Below are positions 47,241 to 56,941 of a stretch of 64,000 bases of DNA, piece by piece. The translations under genes and the position numbers were made by a program. Under the pieces are notes generated by a model. The model was not told the origin of the DNA. It saw nothing but the letters and a program-made list of their open reading frames with translations, and made no database searches. Source of the DNA: Candidatus Bathyarchaeia archaeon (GTDB lineage: Archaea; Thermoproteota; Bathyarchaeia; Bathyarchaeales; Bathycorpusculaceae); NCBI GenBank assembly GCA_038727135.1, contig JAVYWL010000001.1, forward strand, positions 384,001-448,000, read 5' to 3'. Position 1 is the stretch's first letter; the number at the start of each line of letters is the position of its first letter.

Positions 47241-48172
47241 TTAGATGCACCTCCAAATCTGACAAACGTTAAGATTTTCTTCCAGTTTACTTTCGCAATG
47301 CCGCTTGGGGCAAAAAGTAACGCAAATATCAAGATCACCATAGGCAAAAGCGTCTTATATGGAATTATGGCTGGACCTAAGAATATAGATAAAGCCGCTG
47401 TTCCAAGTATTTGTGTAAAACCTACAAAGAAGCCTCCTAAAACTGTCCCGTATATCTCCTCAACACCACCGACTATGCTAACACAAAACATAATTGCAAG
47501 TAACGAGTCGCCAAGAACAGGTTTCCCTTGAACCCAAAGGGGGAGGAGCCCCCCGGCAACTCCTCCCAATCCGCCAGAAATGAACCACGAAAGTAAATTT
47601 GTATACTTTACATTAATTCCGCTAATGCTTGCCAACGTTGGGTTGCACACACACGCCTTGAGGGCGACGCCTATCTTAGTATAATTTAGAACTACATATA
47701 AGACCGCCAAGAAACCTACCAAAAAGGAAAGAGAAGCCCAAAAAATTCCAGGTTCGTCAAGAAACACAAAATCTAATTCTCTTAAAAGAAAGTTTTTTGA
47801 GGGAAAGTTAAAAGTATATTGCAAGTAGTCTGCATAAATGTTTATTATACTTAACATCATCAAGTCAAAGGCAAGGGTGCTAACAAGCATCATGGTTGTG
47901 GAAGCTTTTCTTTTCCTTAAAGGTTCTATAATTAACATATATTCCATCACAGCGATTATGGCACTTAAAATAAAAGCTAAAGGTAAATAGATATATGGGC
48001 TCCCACCCCAAAAACTTATGCACGTAAAAACTACATATGCGCCCACCGTTACAAGACTGGCGTGTGCAACATTCCATACACCAGTAGTTCTACGTACGAA
48101 GCTCAAGCCAAAAGTCATTACAGCGAGGAGGGAACAATAAGTTATAGAATCCATCAATGTTGGGTCAATCAT
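47228..48172 (-). CDS. livH: branched-chain-amino-acid-type ABC permease LivH
   Basis: N.AH...T.GAY, T.IG.A.KA...NP.LA...GIN, VGG, P.GI. Confidence 0.88.
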   Translation of the reverse strand: MIDPTLMDSITYCSLLAVMTFGLSFVRRTTGVWNVAHASLVTVGAYVVFTCISFWGGSPYIYLPLAFILSAIIAVMEYMLIIEPLRKRKASTTMMLVSTLAFDLMMLSIINIYADYLQYTFNFPSKNFLLRELDFVFLDEPGIFWASLSFLVGFLAVLYVVLNYTKIGVALKACVCNPTLASISGINVKYTNLLSWFISGGLGGVAGGLLPLWVQGKPVLGDSLLAIMFCVSIVGGVEEIYGTVLGGFFVGFTQILGTAALSIFLGPAIIPYKTLLPMVILIFALLFAPSGIAKVNWKKILTFVRFGGASKRKA

Positions 48173-48891
48173 TTTCTCTCCGCCTTTAACCCTAAATAAA
48201 GTTCAACTAGTTCTCCTGTGCTCAAAAGTTCGTCGGGTTTTCCTGAAAAAACATTCTTGCCGCTAACTACCAGGTATGTTCTATCACTTACGCTTAATGC
48301 TTTTTTGGCGTTTTGTTCAACTAAAACTATACCAACACCAAGCTTATCCCTTAGATCAACTATTTTTTCTAAAATTTTTTGGCAAATTACCGGGGCAAGT
48401 CCAGATAACGGTTCATCCAACATAATTAGCCGTGGTTTGCGCACCAGTGTCATCGCTATGGCAAGCATCTGCCTTTCCCCACCACTAAGTGTGCCGGCTT
48501 TTCTAGAAAGAAAGGGTTCAAGAGTTGGAAATACGGAAAGTACCTCGTCCATGGCGTCCTTCAATTCCTTTTTCGAATTTAGAGAATAACCAGCCATCAA
48601 TAAGTTTTCTTTCACCGATAAGTCTGCAAATATGTTGTTCATTTGAGGCAGATAGGCGATTCCTACCTTCGAGATTTCATGTGGCGGCATATTGTTAAGC
48701 TTTCTACCATCAAAAATTATCGAGCCTGAAAAAATGTCTGCCAACCCAAAAATGGAGTTTAAAAGTGTTGTTTTCCCACTTCCATTAGGCCCTATAACAG
48801 ATACTATTTCAGACTTCTCACATTCAAGGCTTATGTCGAACAATACATGGAGTTTTCCGTAGCCTGAATTTAGGTTAGTCACACTTAACAT
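48169..48891 (-). CDS. livF: ABC ATPase LivF
   Basis: GPNGSGKTT, LSGGERQMLAI, LDEP..GLAP, LVEQN. Confidence 0.92.
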   Translation of the reverse strand: MLSVTNLNSGYGKLHVLFDISLECEKSEIVSVIGPNGSGKTTLLNSIFGLADIFSGSIIFDGRKLNNMPPHEISKVGIAYLPQMNNIFADLSVKENLLMAGYSLNSKKELKDAMDEVLSVFPTLEPFLSRKAGTLSGGERQMLAIAMTLVRKPRLIMLDEPLSGLAPVICQKILEKIVDLRDKLGVGIVLVEQNAKKALSVSDRTYLVVSGKNVFSGKPDELLSTGELVELYLGLKAERK

Positions 48892-48893
48892 TG

Positions 48894-49643
48894 TTATTCG
48901 CCTACGTAAACCTTCTTTACAATAGGATCAGCAACTACTTGTTCGGGTGTTCCCTCAGAAATTACTTTGCCATTGTGCATGACATAAACATAGTCGGCAA
49001 ATGGTAGTGCAATGTCAAGTCTATGTTCTACCACAAGAAATGTTAAACCTTGTTTATCCCTTAGTTCTCTGATGTGATGAAATATTTCGTTGGCAAGTTT
49101 TGGAGAAACGCCGCAAATCGGCTCATCTAAAATAACCATCTTAGCATCAGCCATTAAAGCCCTCCCTATTTCAACAAGCTTTAAATGCCCCGCTGGCAAG
49201 GATGTTATCGGGGTATTCCAAAATTCTGTGAGTTGCAAAATTTCCATTACATCCATAGCTTTTTTAACCAATTTTTCTTCATATTCAATCCATCTCTTTT
49301 TAATGAAACTTTTTACAAAAGTTTCTCCTGGATTCCCCCTTCCTGCAACAAGAAGGTTTTCTAAAACTGTTAAACCTAGAAAAAGAGAGGGTATTTGGAA
49401 GGACCTCACGATACGTCTTTCGTATATTTTGTTCATCGGCAGTCCTGTTACGTCTTCTCCTTCAAAGTATACTTTTCCCTCGTCAGGCTTGTAGTAACCC
49501 GTGATAACGTTAATCAGTGTTGTTTTCCCACTTCCATTAGGCCCTATAAGTAGTGTTATCTTTTTCTTTTCAGCACTTAAATCGACGCCATCTACAGCTT
49601 TTAGTCCACCGAAGTATTTTTTGACCCCTTCGGTTTTTAGCAT
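48894..49643 (-). CDS. livG: ABC ATPase LivG
   Basis: FGGLKAVDG, GPNGSGKTT, RSFQIP, LDEP..GV, VEH, V...Y.G. Confidence 0.92.
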   Translation of the reverse strand: MLKTEGVKKYFGGLKAVDGVDLSAEKKKITLLIGPNGSGKTTLINVITGYYKPDEGKVYFEGEDVTGLPMNKIYERRIVRSFQIPSLFLGLTVLENLLVAGRGNPGETFVKSFIKKRWIEYEEKLVKKAMDVMEILQLTEFWNTPITSLPAGHLKLVEIGRALMADAKMVILDEPICGVSPKLANEIFHHIRELRDKQGLTFLVVEHRLDIALPFADYVYVMHNGKVISEGTPEQVVADPIVKKVYVGE

Positions 49644-49660
49644 CTCTGGTTATTCCTCAT

Positions 49661-50905
49661 CTAGGTGAGCCATTCAACACTACCAGTCGCTGCAGAATAC
49701 TTAGCAACTACAACCCATCTGTATTCGCTATCTACGACTTGTACTTGATAGAATATTATGTCTAAACCTGTTCTATCGCCCGTTTCGTCTAGCTCGGTCC
49801 ATCCGCTTGCGCCAAAGTAGTTGTTCGCTACATATGGAACAACTTTCTGAATAACTTCTCCGTCGTTTACACCTGCTTGAAGAACCGACAGGGCTGCAAC
49901 CCAAGCACAGTCGTAGGCTATGAGGCTGTATATGTCAGGTTCTTCTCCAAGTTTAGTTTGAACATAATCCACCACTCTGGCTTTTTTGGGCGACTCTGGA
50001 GCATAGTAAAATCCGGCGAGCAATTGTGTTTGTGCAGCAACATCACCAGCATCCTCTAATATGACGGTGCTTAGAGCTACTGCGTCGCCCCCAAACCATC
50101 TCACAGAAAGTGTTACGCTGTTGCGAGCTTTGGCCTGCGCCAGTACTTGAGCTAAGTCTTCCCATGTCAGAGTTTGAATTGCAACCTTATCAACACCATA
50201 CTGTTCGATGGCTGGTCCGACGGCGTTTTCTAGCGCTTGCAGTTCAGAGGTAAACTCGCTGGTTCCAGGCTCATATTCTACATACGTGAGGATTTCACCG
50301 CCGAATTCCTCAAATTTCTCCTTAAACATTTGGGCTATAGAAATGTCGCATGGATCTTTTCTTTGCAGTATTGCAACGTGACGGAAGCCTAAGCCGTATA
50401 CAAGTTTAGCTAGCGCTATGCCTTCCATGTCATCGTGCGGAATGAGCCTAAAAATATAATCACCGGCCACGCCGAGTTCTGCAACCGTCGAAAATGGAGT
50501 GATCACAACTATCTTATTAGTGTCCGCGTATCCTTTAACGGCTTGGATGTCAGCGCTGCATAGCAAGCCCGTCACAACTTTTACGCCCTTCGCAGCTAAT
50601 GTTTGCATCTTCTGTAATGCTATATCTGCCTTTGTTTCAGTATCCTCATAATAAAACTTGAAAGTCACAGGTAAACCGGCACTTTGAACGAAATCATTAA
50701 TGTCATCTTCGGCAAGTTCAACACAGGCTTTTCCCCTTGCACCATAGCTTGCAAAATCTCCTGTTAAAGGCAGCAAAACACCGATTGGTATTTCACCCTG
50801 CAAACCCCCTGCAGGTCCAGCTTCTCTTGGAATTACATACCCAATACCCACACCCGCAAGCAATGCTATCAGAACAACCACTACAAGGATTTTTGAGGAC
50901 ACCAT
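49661..50905 (-). CDS. ABC transporter substrate-binding protein (LivJ/K, type 1 periplasmic fold), N-terminal membrane anchor
   Basis: IGVLLPLTG, EDTET, YIFRL.P.D, AYD..WV, GASG...LD..GDR. Confidence 0.9.
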   Translation of the reverse strand: MVSSKILVVVVLIALLAGVGIGYVIPREAGPAGGLQGEIPIGVLLPLTGDFASYGARGKACVELAEDDINDFVQSAGLPVTFKFYYEDTETKADIALQKMQTLAAKGVKVVTGLLCSADIQAVKGYADTNKIVVITPFSTVAELGVAGDYIFRLIPHDDMEGIALAKLVYGLGFRHVAILQRKDPCDISIAQMFKEKFEEFGGEILTYVEYEPGTSEFTSELQALENAVGPAIEQYGVDKVAIQTLTWEDLAQVLAQAKARNSVTLSVRWFGGDAVALSTVILEDAGDVAAQTQLLAGFYYAPESPKKARVVDYVQTKLGEEPDIYSLIAYDCAWVAALSVLQAGVNDGEVIQKVVPYVANNYFGASGWTELDETGDRTGLDIIFYQVQVVDSEYRWVVVAKYSAATGSVEWLT

Positions 50906-51052
50906 CCTTTACGCCTCGAAAATTGTATCATGACTAAGCATTTTTAAGTTTTATGGCCTGCGTAAAGTTTTAAATAAAAATTTGAAGGGTGGAACAAAAA
51001 GAATTACCCTTTTTAATCATCCTTTGTGCATTAGAAATAAAGGATAGGGAAA

Positions 51053-52009
51053 TTAATGTTTAAAGCGTGTACCAAACTTCTTAACGACGAGTTTTGCGAC
51101 GGCGGCGTCTTGTATTGCCAGACCAACAGCCTTAAAGATTGTTATTTCCTTATTGTCAGTTCGTCCGGGTTTTTTGTGTGTAACGATTTCGCCTAAATCG
51201 GCGTAAATGTGTTCTTCCGTGATGGCTCCTTCTTTGATGGGTATTATTATGTCGCCAGCCTCTTCTAATGCTGCCCTTTTCAGGTCTACGACAACCTTTG
51301 ATTTTACTATGGTTTCTGTGTCCAGCTCTCTAGCGTGTGGGTAATATGAGCCTATGGCGTTGATGTGGGTCCCTTCCCCTATCCATTCGCCTTTGACCAC
51401 CGGGTCAGCGGATGTTGTGGCTGTTATTATTATGTCGACATCTTTAACAGCGTCGACGGGTGAATTTACAGGTGTCACGTCTACGCCTAGTCTTTTGGAC
51501 ATCTCATCGGCGAAAGTTCTTTTTGCATTTTCTATTTTGTCGTATGCGTAAACTTTCTCTATGTCTCTAACTTCTTTAACAGCCCACAATTGAGTTCTGC
51601 CTTGCACCCCACAGCCTATTATTCCAACCTTCCTTGAGTCTTTCCGCGCCAGATATTTTGTGGCAACTCCGCTGACTGCTCCCGTTCTAATTGCGGTTAA
51701 GTATGTGGCATCCATCACAGCGGTTACTTTTCCTGTTTCCAAGTCGTAAACCAAGAGAGTGGCTACTGTTGTTGGAAGATTATACTTCACGTTATTCGGG
51801 AATATTCCAAAAACCTTTGTGACGGCTATTTTTGTCTCTTCTAAGTATGCGCTCATTTGGGAGATGCTTCCATTTTTCAACATGAGGGTTGTTCGTTCCG
51901 GCAGAATTGCCTTTCCCAAATATAGCTCTTTAAAGGCTTCTTCGACGGCGTCTATGGCCTCTTGCATAGTTATGAGACGTTGTATGTCAGCGTCGCTCAG
52001 AAAAAGCAT
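51053..52009 (-). CDS. ornithine cyclodeaminase/mu-crystallin family (imine reductase / alanine dehydrogenase-like)
   Basis: K.....P.N...LPT, LTAIRTGA, IGCGVQG, HINAIG, EAGD, FKAVGLAIQD; ATG 52009 after AGGTG. Confidence 0.9.
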   Translation of the reverse strand: MLFLSDADIQRLITMQEAIDAVEEAFKELYLGKAILPERTTLMLKNGSISQMSAYLEETKIAVTKVFGIFPNNVKYNLPTTVATLLVYDLETGKVTAVMDATYLTAIRTGAVSGVATKYLARKDSRKVGIIGCGVQGRTQLWAVKEVRDIEKVYAYDKIENAKRTFADEMSKRLGVDVTPVNSPVDAVKDVDIIITATTSADPVVKGEWIGEGTHINAIGSYYPHARELDTETIVKSKVVVDLKRAALEEAGDIIIPIKEGAITEEHIYADLGEIVTHKKPGRTDNKEITIFKAVGLAIQDAAVAKLVVKKFGTRFKH

Positions 52010-52023
52010 TGGGAAATTGGCAC

Positions 52024-53031
52024 CTAGCTCAGTAGGAAGCCATATTTTATCGGGTCGTCTCTTTCTAGTATGCATTGTTGTAAACCTATTATGTATGCCC
52101 TTGCAGAGAGCTTTGGCACTACCGCTTTATATTTGCCGACTTTTGTCTCCCGGCAGATTTCGCCAATCATTGTTAAGTCTGGATGGACTAGGCTTTCGAC
52201 GATTAGGCGCTCTCCCACCTTAAATTTTCCTTTAGCCCAAAGCGTGGCTAACTTGGCGCTTACTGAAGTTCCGGCTGGTGAAACACATATTGTGTCCGCG
52301 TAGACATTTGCGTGTCTGGTGTTGTGTTCGGGTTTAATGGGTTTGGCTGAGAAGGTTACAAGTTCAATTTTGTTTAATTCTGGGTTTTCCGGGTGCTCCA
52401 CTTTTATTTGCTTGTTTGCCGCATTAAGTATTTTCATGCCAACTTGGATTAGTTCACGTGCATTTTCCGGCTTAACTTGGACGCCGACATCATCTGGGTC
52501 AACAAATACGTAGTAAAGCCCACCGAAAGCTACGTCCACGTTGATTTCGCCGATATCTGGAACCTTAACTTTCTTTGCGCCTTCATAGAAGGATGGGATG
52601 CCTTCAAAGGATATTTCCTGGACTTCGCCATTCTCAACTTTTGCCTCCACCTTAACGAGTCCTGCGGCGGTGTCAAGGGTTATTTCTGTTATTGGTTCTT
52701 TAACTTCAACCATTCCCTGTTCAATTAAGACTTTTGTCACGCTGAATGTGCTGTCTCCACAAGAGTTGAAGTAGCCGCCGGTATATGTAAATATCACACC
52801 ATAATCTGCCTTTGGATTGGCTGGTTCGGTGATTATAGCGCCCAATATTCCCGAGAAGCCTCTCGGCTGCATCATTAGGGCTTTTCTCCAGCTGTCAAGA
52901 TGCTCTTTACAGTACTGCGTCTTCTCCCACATTGTTTTACCTGGAATCCGTGGGAAGCCGCTCACAACAACCTTGGTTGTTTCACCAGAAGAATGAGTTT
53001 CAACAACCGTTATCACTTTTCCAACCTTCAT
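52024..53031 (-). CDS. proline racemase/hydroxyproline dehydratase family protein with atypical active site
   Basis: ETHSSGE, LM.QPRG, SCGD (vs MCGH), LDT.AGLV, DVAFGG..Y, CVSPAGT (vs DRSPCGT), DDP..YGF. Confidence 0.88.
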   Translation of the reverse strand: MKVGKVITVVETHSSGETTKVVVSGFPRIPGKTMWEKTQYCKEHLDSWRKALMMQPRGFSGILGAIITEPANPKADYGVIFTYTGGYFNSCGDSTFSVTKVLIEQGMVEVKEPITEITLDTAAGLVKVEAKVENGEVQEISFEGIPSFYEGAKKVKVPDIGEINVDVAFGGLYYVFVDPDDVGVQVKPENARELIQVGMKILNAANKQIKVEHPENPELNKIELVTFSAKPIKPEHNTRHANVYADTICVSPAGTSVSAKLATLWAKGKFKVGERLIVESLVHPDLTMIGEICRETKVGKYKAVVPKLSARAYIIGLQQCILERDDPIKYGFLLS

Positions 53032-53141
53032 ACAGATTCCCCGCACGGAGATGACTGTTAAGGGTATGTTGAATATAAAAATCTTGAGCATAAAATTTTA
53101 AAGGTTTAGGAGAAGATATGCGTGCTAAGTGGTGACACGAA

Positions 53142-54980
53142 ATGTATGGATGGAACGGCAGAATTTTAAGGATAAACCTTTCAAAGAAAAAAGTTGAAGT
53201 CGAAGAGTACAACGCTGATTTTGCATTAAAATATATTGGTGGAAGAGGCTTCGCCGCTAAAATCCTCTTCGACGAATTAAAACCGGGAATTGATCCTCTT
53301 GGTCCTGAAAACAAGCTTATAGTTGCCGCTGGTCCGCTGACAGGTCTTCCGGGACCAAGTTTGGGGAAGCTGGTTATAGCCGCTAAAAGCCCGCTTACTG
53401 GGGGTTATGGGGATGGAAATGCTGGAACCATGGCTGCTGTTCAAATGCGCAGAGCTGGATTTGACGCCTTAGTTGTTGATGGAAAAACTGAGAAACCAGT
53501 TTATATTTACGTGGAAGAGGAGAAGGGCTACATTTTAAGCGCAGATGGCTTGTGGGGCAAGACAACTTTTGAGGCAGAGAAGGAGCTTAAAGAGGTGCAT
53601 GGAAAGGACGTTGGAGTACTCGTCATAGGACCCGGCGGGGAAAACATAGTTAGATACGCAACAGTTGTTTCACAAGAGGGACGTGCTGGCGGTAGACCAG
53701 GAATGGGTGCTGTTATGGGTTCTAAAAAGGTTAAGGCCATAGTCTTTAAAGGAACAAAAGACATCCCTTTGGCAGATCCTGAGAGTTACAATAAGCTTGT
53801 TAAGGAAGCTTATGACGATATCAAGAGCAGAGATTATTATAGTTTCTGGATAAGACAGGGAACAATGGCAACGATAGATTGGGCTAATGAAAACGGCGTC
53901 TTGCCCACCTATAACTTTAGAGAAGGCATCTTTGAATTTGGCAATCTTATCAACGGGTTTGCAATGGAGGCGGCTAAGGTTAAACGCAGAGGATGCCCCT
54001 ACTGCAATATGGCGTGTGGAAACGTTGTCCTCGACTGCGAAGGAAGGGAGTCTGAGCTGGACTACGAGAATGTCGCCATGCTGGGCTCAAATATCGGATT
54101 GGGGCATCTTGGAAAAGTCTCTGTTCTAAACAGGATTGCAGATGAACTGGGCATAGACACCATTTCTTTGGGCAACACCATAGGATTCGCAATGGAAGCA
54201 ACCGAGAAAGGACTGATTAAAGACGGAGTGGAATGGGGAGACTTTGAAAAAGTAAAAGCCCTAATTTACGATATTGCATACCGACGGGGGGAGCTAGGAA
54301 ACCTATTAGCTGAAGGAGTTATGCGAATAAGTCAAAAACTCGGTGGAGACTCGCAAAACTGGGCTATGCATGTTAAGGGGCTGGAAGCATCAGCTTATGA
54401 CTGCCACACGGTCCCCGGGATGGCCCTTGCCTTTGCAACATCTTCTATAGGGGCTCACCATAAAGAGGCTTGGGTCATTGCGTGGGAAATAAGAACGGAC
54501 AGGGAAGGATACACGGAGGCCAAAGTGAATAAGGTAATAGAGTTCCAGAGGATAAGGGGAGGAATGTTCGAATCCCTTGTTGCATGCCGCCTCCCATGGA
54601 TTGAGCTCGGCTTCCAGCTGGAGTGGTACCAGAGGCTTATGAAAGCGGCTACTGGCATGGAAGTAACCCTTGAAGACATGCTTTACAACGTGGCTGATAG
54701 AATATACGCCCTAATAAGGGCCTTCTGGGTAAGGGAATTCGGCCAAAACTGGAGCCGCCTAATGGATTATCCGCCAAAACGCTGGTTCACAGAGCCCATA
54801 ACGAAGGGTCCCCACAAGGGGAAAATGCTTGATCAAACAAGGTTTGATATGCTTCTTGACATGTATTATGCGAAACGCGGATGGGATAAGAGGGGGATAC
54901 CAATGCTGACAACTTTTGAGAGGCTTGGCTTAAAGGATGTGGCGCAACAACTATCGAAAACTGTCGCTTTAACTCAGTAA
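53142..54980 (+). CDS. tungsten-dependent aldehyde:ferredoxin oxidoreductase family (AOR/FOR)
   Basis: [35 protein letters not shown]...C, DYE, G.DTIS.G, HVKG, YY..RGW. Confidence 0.93.
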   Translation: MYGWNGRILRINLSKKKVEVEEYNADFALKYIGGRGFAAKILFDELKPGIDPLGPENKLIVAAGPLTGLPGPSLGKLVIAAKSPLTGGYGDGNAGTMAAVQMRRAGFDALVVDGKTEKPVYIYVEEEKGYILSADGLWGKTTFEAEKELKEVHGKDVGVLVIGPGGENIVRYATVVSQEGRAGGRPGMGAVMGSKKVKAIVFKGTKDIPLADPESYNKLVKEAYDDIKSRDYYSFWIRQGTMATIDWANENGVLPTYNFREGIFEFGNLINGFAMEAAKVKRRGCPYCNMACGNVVLDCEGRESELDYENVAMLGSNIGLGHLGKVSVLNRIADELGIDTISLGNTIGFAMEATEKGLIKDGVEWGDFEKVKALIYDIAYRRGELGNLLAEGVMRISQKLGGDSQNWAMHVKGLEASAYDCHTVPGMALAFATSSIGAHHKEAWVIAWEIRTDREGYTEAKVNKVIEFQRIRGGMFESLVACRLPWIELGFQLEWYQRLMKAATGMEVTLEDMLYNVADRIYALIRAFWVREFGQNWSRLMDYPPKRWFTEPITKGPHKGKMLDQTRFDMLLDMYYAKRGWDKRGIPMLTTFERLGLKDVAQQLSKTVALTQ

Positions 54981-54996
54981 CCTTTTCATTTTTAAA

Positions 54997-56784
54997 TTAG
55001 ATGTTTGGGTTTTCGAAGGCTGTTATTATCCATTTTTCTCCACGTTTTTCAATTTGTAAAGTCACAATGTGATCTTTTTCTGTTGCCATTAACTTGTTCC
55101 ACTGGATTGCTGGAAGATCCTTTGGGGTTGCCTCCACCCACTCGTATGTGGCGTTATCCAAGCGAAGAACTATGTGAGTTGTTCCATCCTCCACATACTC
55201 ATACTTGCCCAAAACCTTGGCGCTAACTTTTATTTCAGTTATAACTCCAAAGAGTTTTAGGAATTCCAGCCGAGTGCTGCGTACAAGCTGTTCACTTGTC
55301 ATGCCCTCCTCGTGCATCTTTATTGCTATTCTACTTGTCTCCTCTGCATCGACTATGGCAAAACCCGCAAGATAGATGGTTTCCTCTTTCCCTGCGGCTT
55401 CGCGCCAGTAAATGGGTACATACCATGCAAGTCGATAGTTGCCAGGTGATATTTGCACTGGATATAGGAGAGGCATCTCAGCGTCGTACATGCCTGCAGC
55501 GGGTTTAGGAAGTCTTCCCTCAACGAGGTCTTCTGCTGTCATGCCTGAGATGTAATTGGCTTGCCTAAAATCGTAGAAGAATATGCTGTTTCTTGTGGCT
55601 TTAAAAACGCCAGAAAGGGTCCGTTTATTGCCAATAGGGTTCACACAGATTAAGGCTACAACATCACCTGTTTCCGGGTCTACGATGTAGCGTGTGTCCT
55701 CCGTCATTTCGAAGCGTTCTCGGCTGGGCGGGATAAGCCACAAAAAGCCTCCAGCCCAGTAGTCAAAGCCTGCGCCTCTTCTGAAGTTTCCCATCTCGTT
55801 TATCATTTCTTCAAGCCAGTCTTCATCGTAGACTTGCGTAACCCAGTTAGGCATCTGAAGTAGCGACTCCGCTTGCGGGTAGAGGTTTCCCTTTTCATCA
55901 TAGATTATTGGGGTTTCATAGCGCCTTATTAGGTCAAAGCCGACACTATAGCGGGTTACAACGTACACTGTTTCGTTTGTTTCAAAATTCCATGTTATGT
56001 AAGCGACGCCGTAACGCTTTGACATGTCATTTATGTAGGAGCGGAAGTGGATGTTATGATCAAACCATAAGGATTCGCCGACGGCAAATTCCCTTTTCAA
56101 AATTTTAGGGGGCGCCAATGGATCTGTAGCGTCTATTATCACAAAACCCTTCACATAGTTCTCAGCTATAACGTTTGTTGAGCCTATGACGGCAACCCAG
56201 ACCAGTTTGCCTTCCGGGGTTTTTGTGATGTGGCATCCCAAAACTTGGGTGTTACTTCCAAACTCTGACATGTGACGTCGGGCTACTGAAATGGCAAGAT
56301 CCTCAGTTACGAGGCGCACCATGTTGTCTGGAATTTCGGTATTGAAGGGCAATCCAGACCCCATATGGATAAAGTTGTTAAAGTATGCGGCGTTAGCTAC
56401 CCTCTGAACCTGCCAAAAGACAACCATTGTGGAAGCTGCAAGCAAGTAAACTAGAAACAAGATGCCCAAAAGCCCCGCCCCAGTCCTTAACGAAATTTTC
56501 CACGGTAAACGCCTATGAGGATAATAATAGTTCCTTTCAGCTTTCTCTAAATCGATGGGTTTTATGGAAAAGGCAGACTCCACAAAGGCGACAAACATTC
56601 TAAGGAGAATAAGGAGATAAATGAAAACGCTTAATGGAGTCTGAAAAAACTGGATTATGAAGAATAGAAATAAGCCTAAAAAAAGCGAAATTATCCTTCT
56701 AGATTTTCTCCAGCTATCTTTCCGCGGGGGCATTGGAATATACCACACTATTGCCCAAATTAAAAGGAATGCGAAGAGATTCAC
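54997..56784 (-). CDS. uncharacterised membrane-anchored protein (about 4 N-terminal TMs, large soluble domain, OB-like C-terminus)
   Basis: 595-aa ORF; GTG start 7 nt after GGTG; hydrophobic N-terminus. Confidence 0.75.
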   Translation of the reverse strand: MNLFAFLLIWAIVWYIPMPPRKDSWRKSRRIISLFLGLFLFFIIQFFQTPLSVFIYLLILLRMFVAFVESAFSIKPIDLEKAERNYYYPHRRLPWKISLRTGAGLLGILFLVYLLAASTMVVFWQVQRVANAAYFNNFIHMGSGLPFNTEIPDNMVRLVTEDLAISVARRHMSEFGSNTQVLGCHITKTPEGKLVWVAVIGSTNVIAENYVKGFVIIDATDPLAPPKILKREFAVGESLWFDHNIHFRSYINDMSKRYGVAYITWNFETNETVYVVTRYSVGFDLIRRYETPIIYDEKGNLYPQAESLLQMPNWVTQVYDEDWLEEMINEMGNFRRGAGFDYWAGGFLWLIPPSRERFEMTEDTRYIVDPETGDVVALICVNPIGNKRTLSGVFKATRNSIFFYDFRQANYISGMTAEDLVEGRLPKPAAGMYDAEMPLLYPVQISPGNYRLAWYVPIYWREAAGKEETIYLAGFAIVDAEETSRIAIKMHEEGMTSEQLVRSTRLEFLKLFGVITEIKVSAKVLGKYEYVEDGTTHIVLRLDNATYEWVEATPKDLPAIQWNKLMATEKDHIVTLQIEKRGEKWIITAFENPNI

Positions 56785-56941
56785 AACAAATCACCTTACC
56801 TAAATTTTACCACGCCTTGCTTGAAAGGTTTTGCCATCTCTGCCACACAACACAAAAGTCGTTAATTTAGGCAAAACTCTTAATACCCCATTAAAGCCCC
56901 CCTAAATGCAAGAGTATTAAATCCTTTGAACGGGTGCCGAA

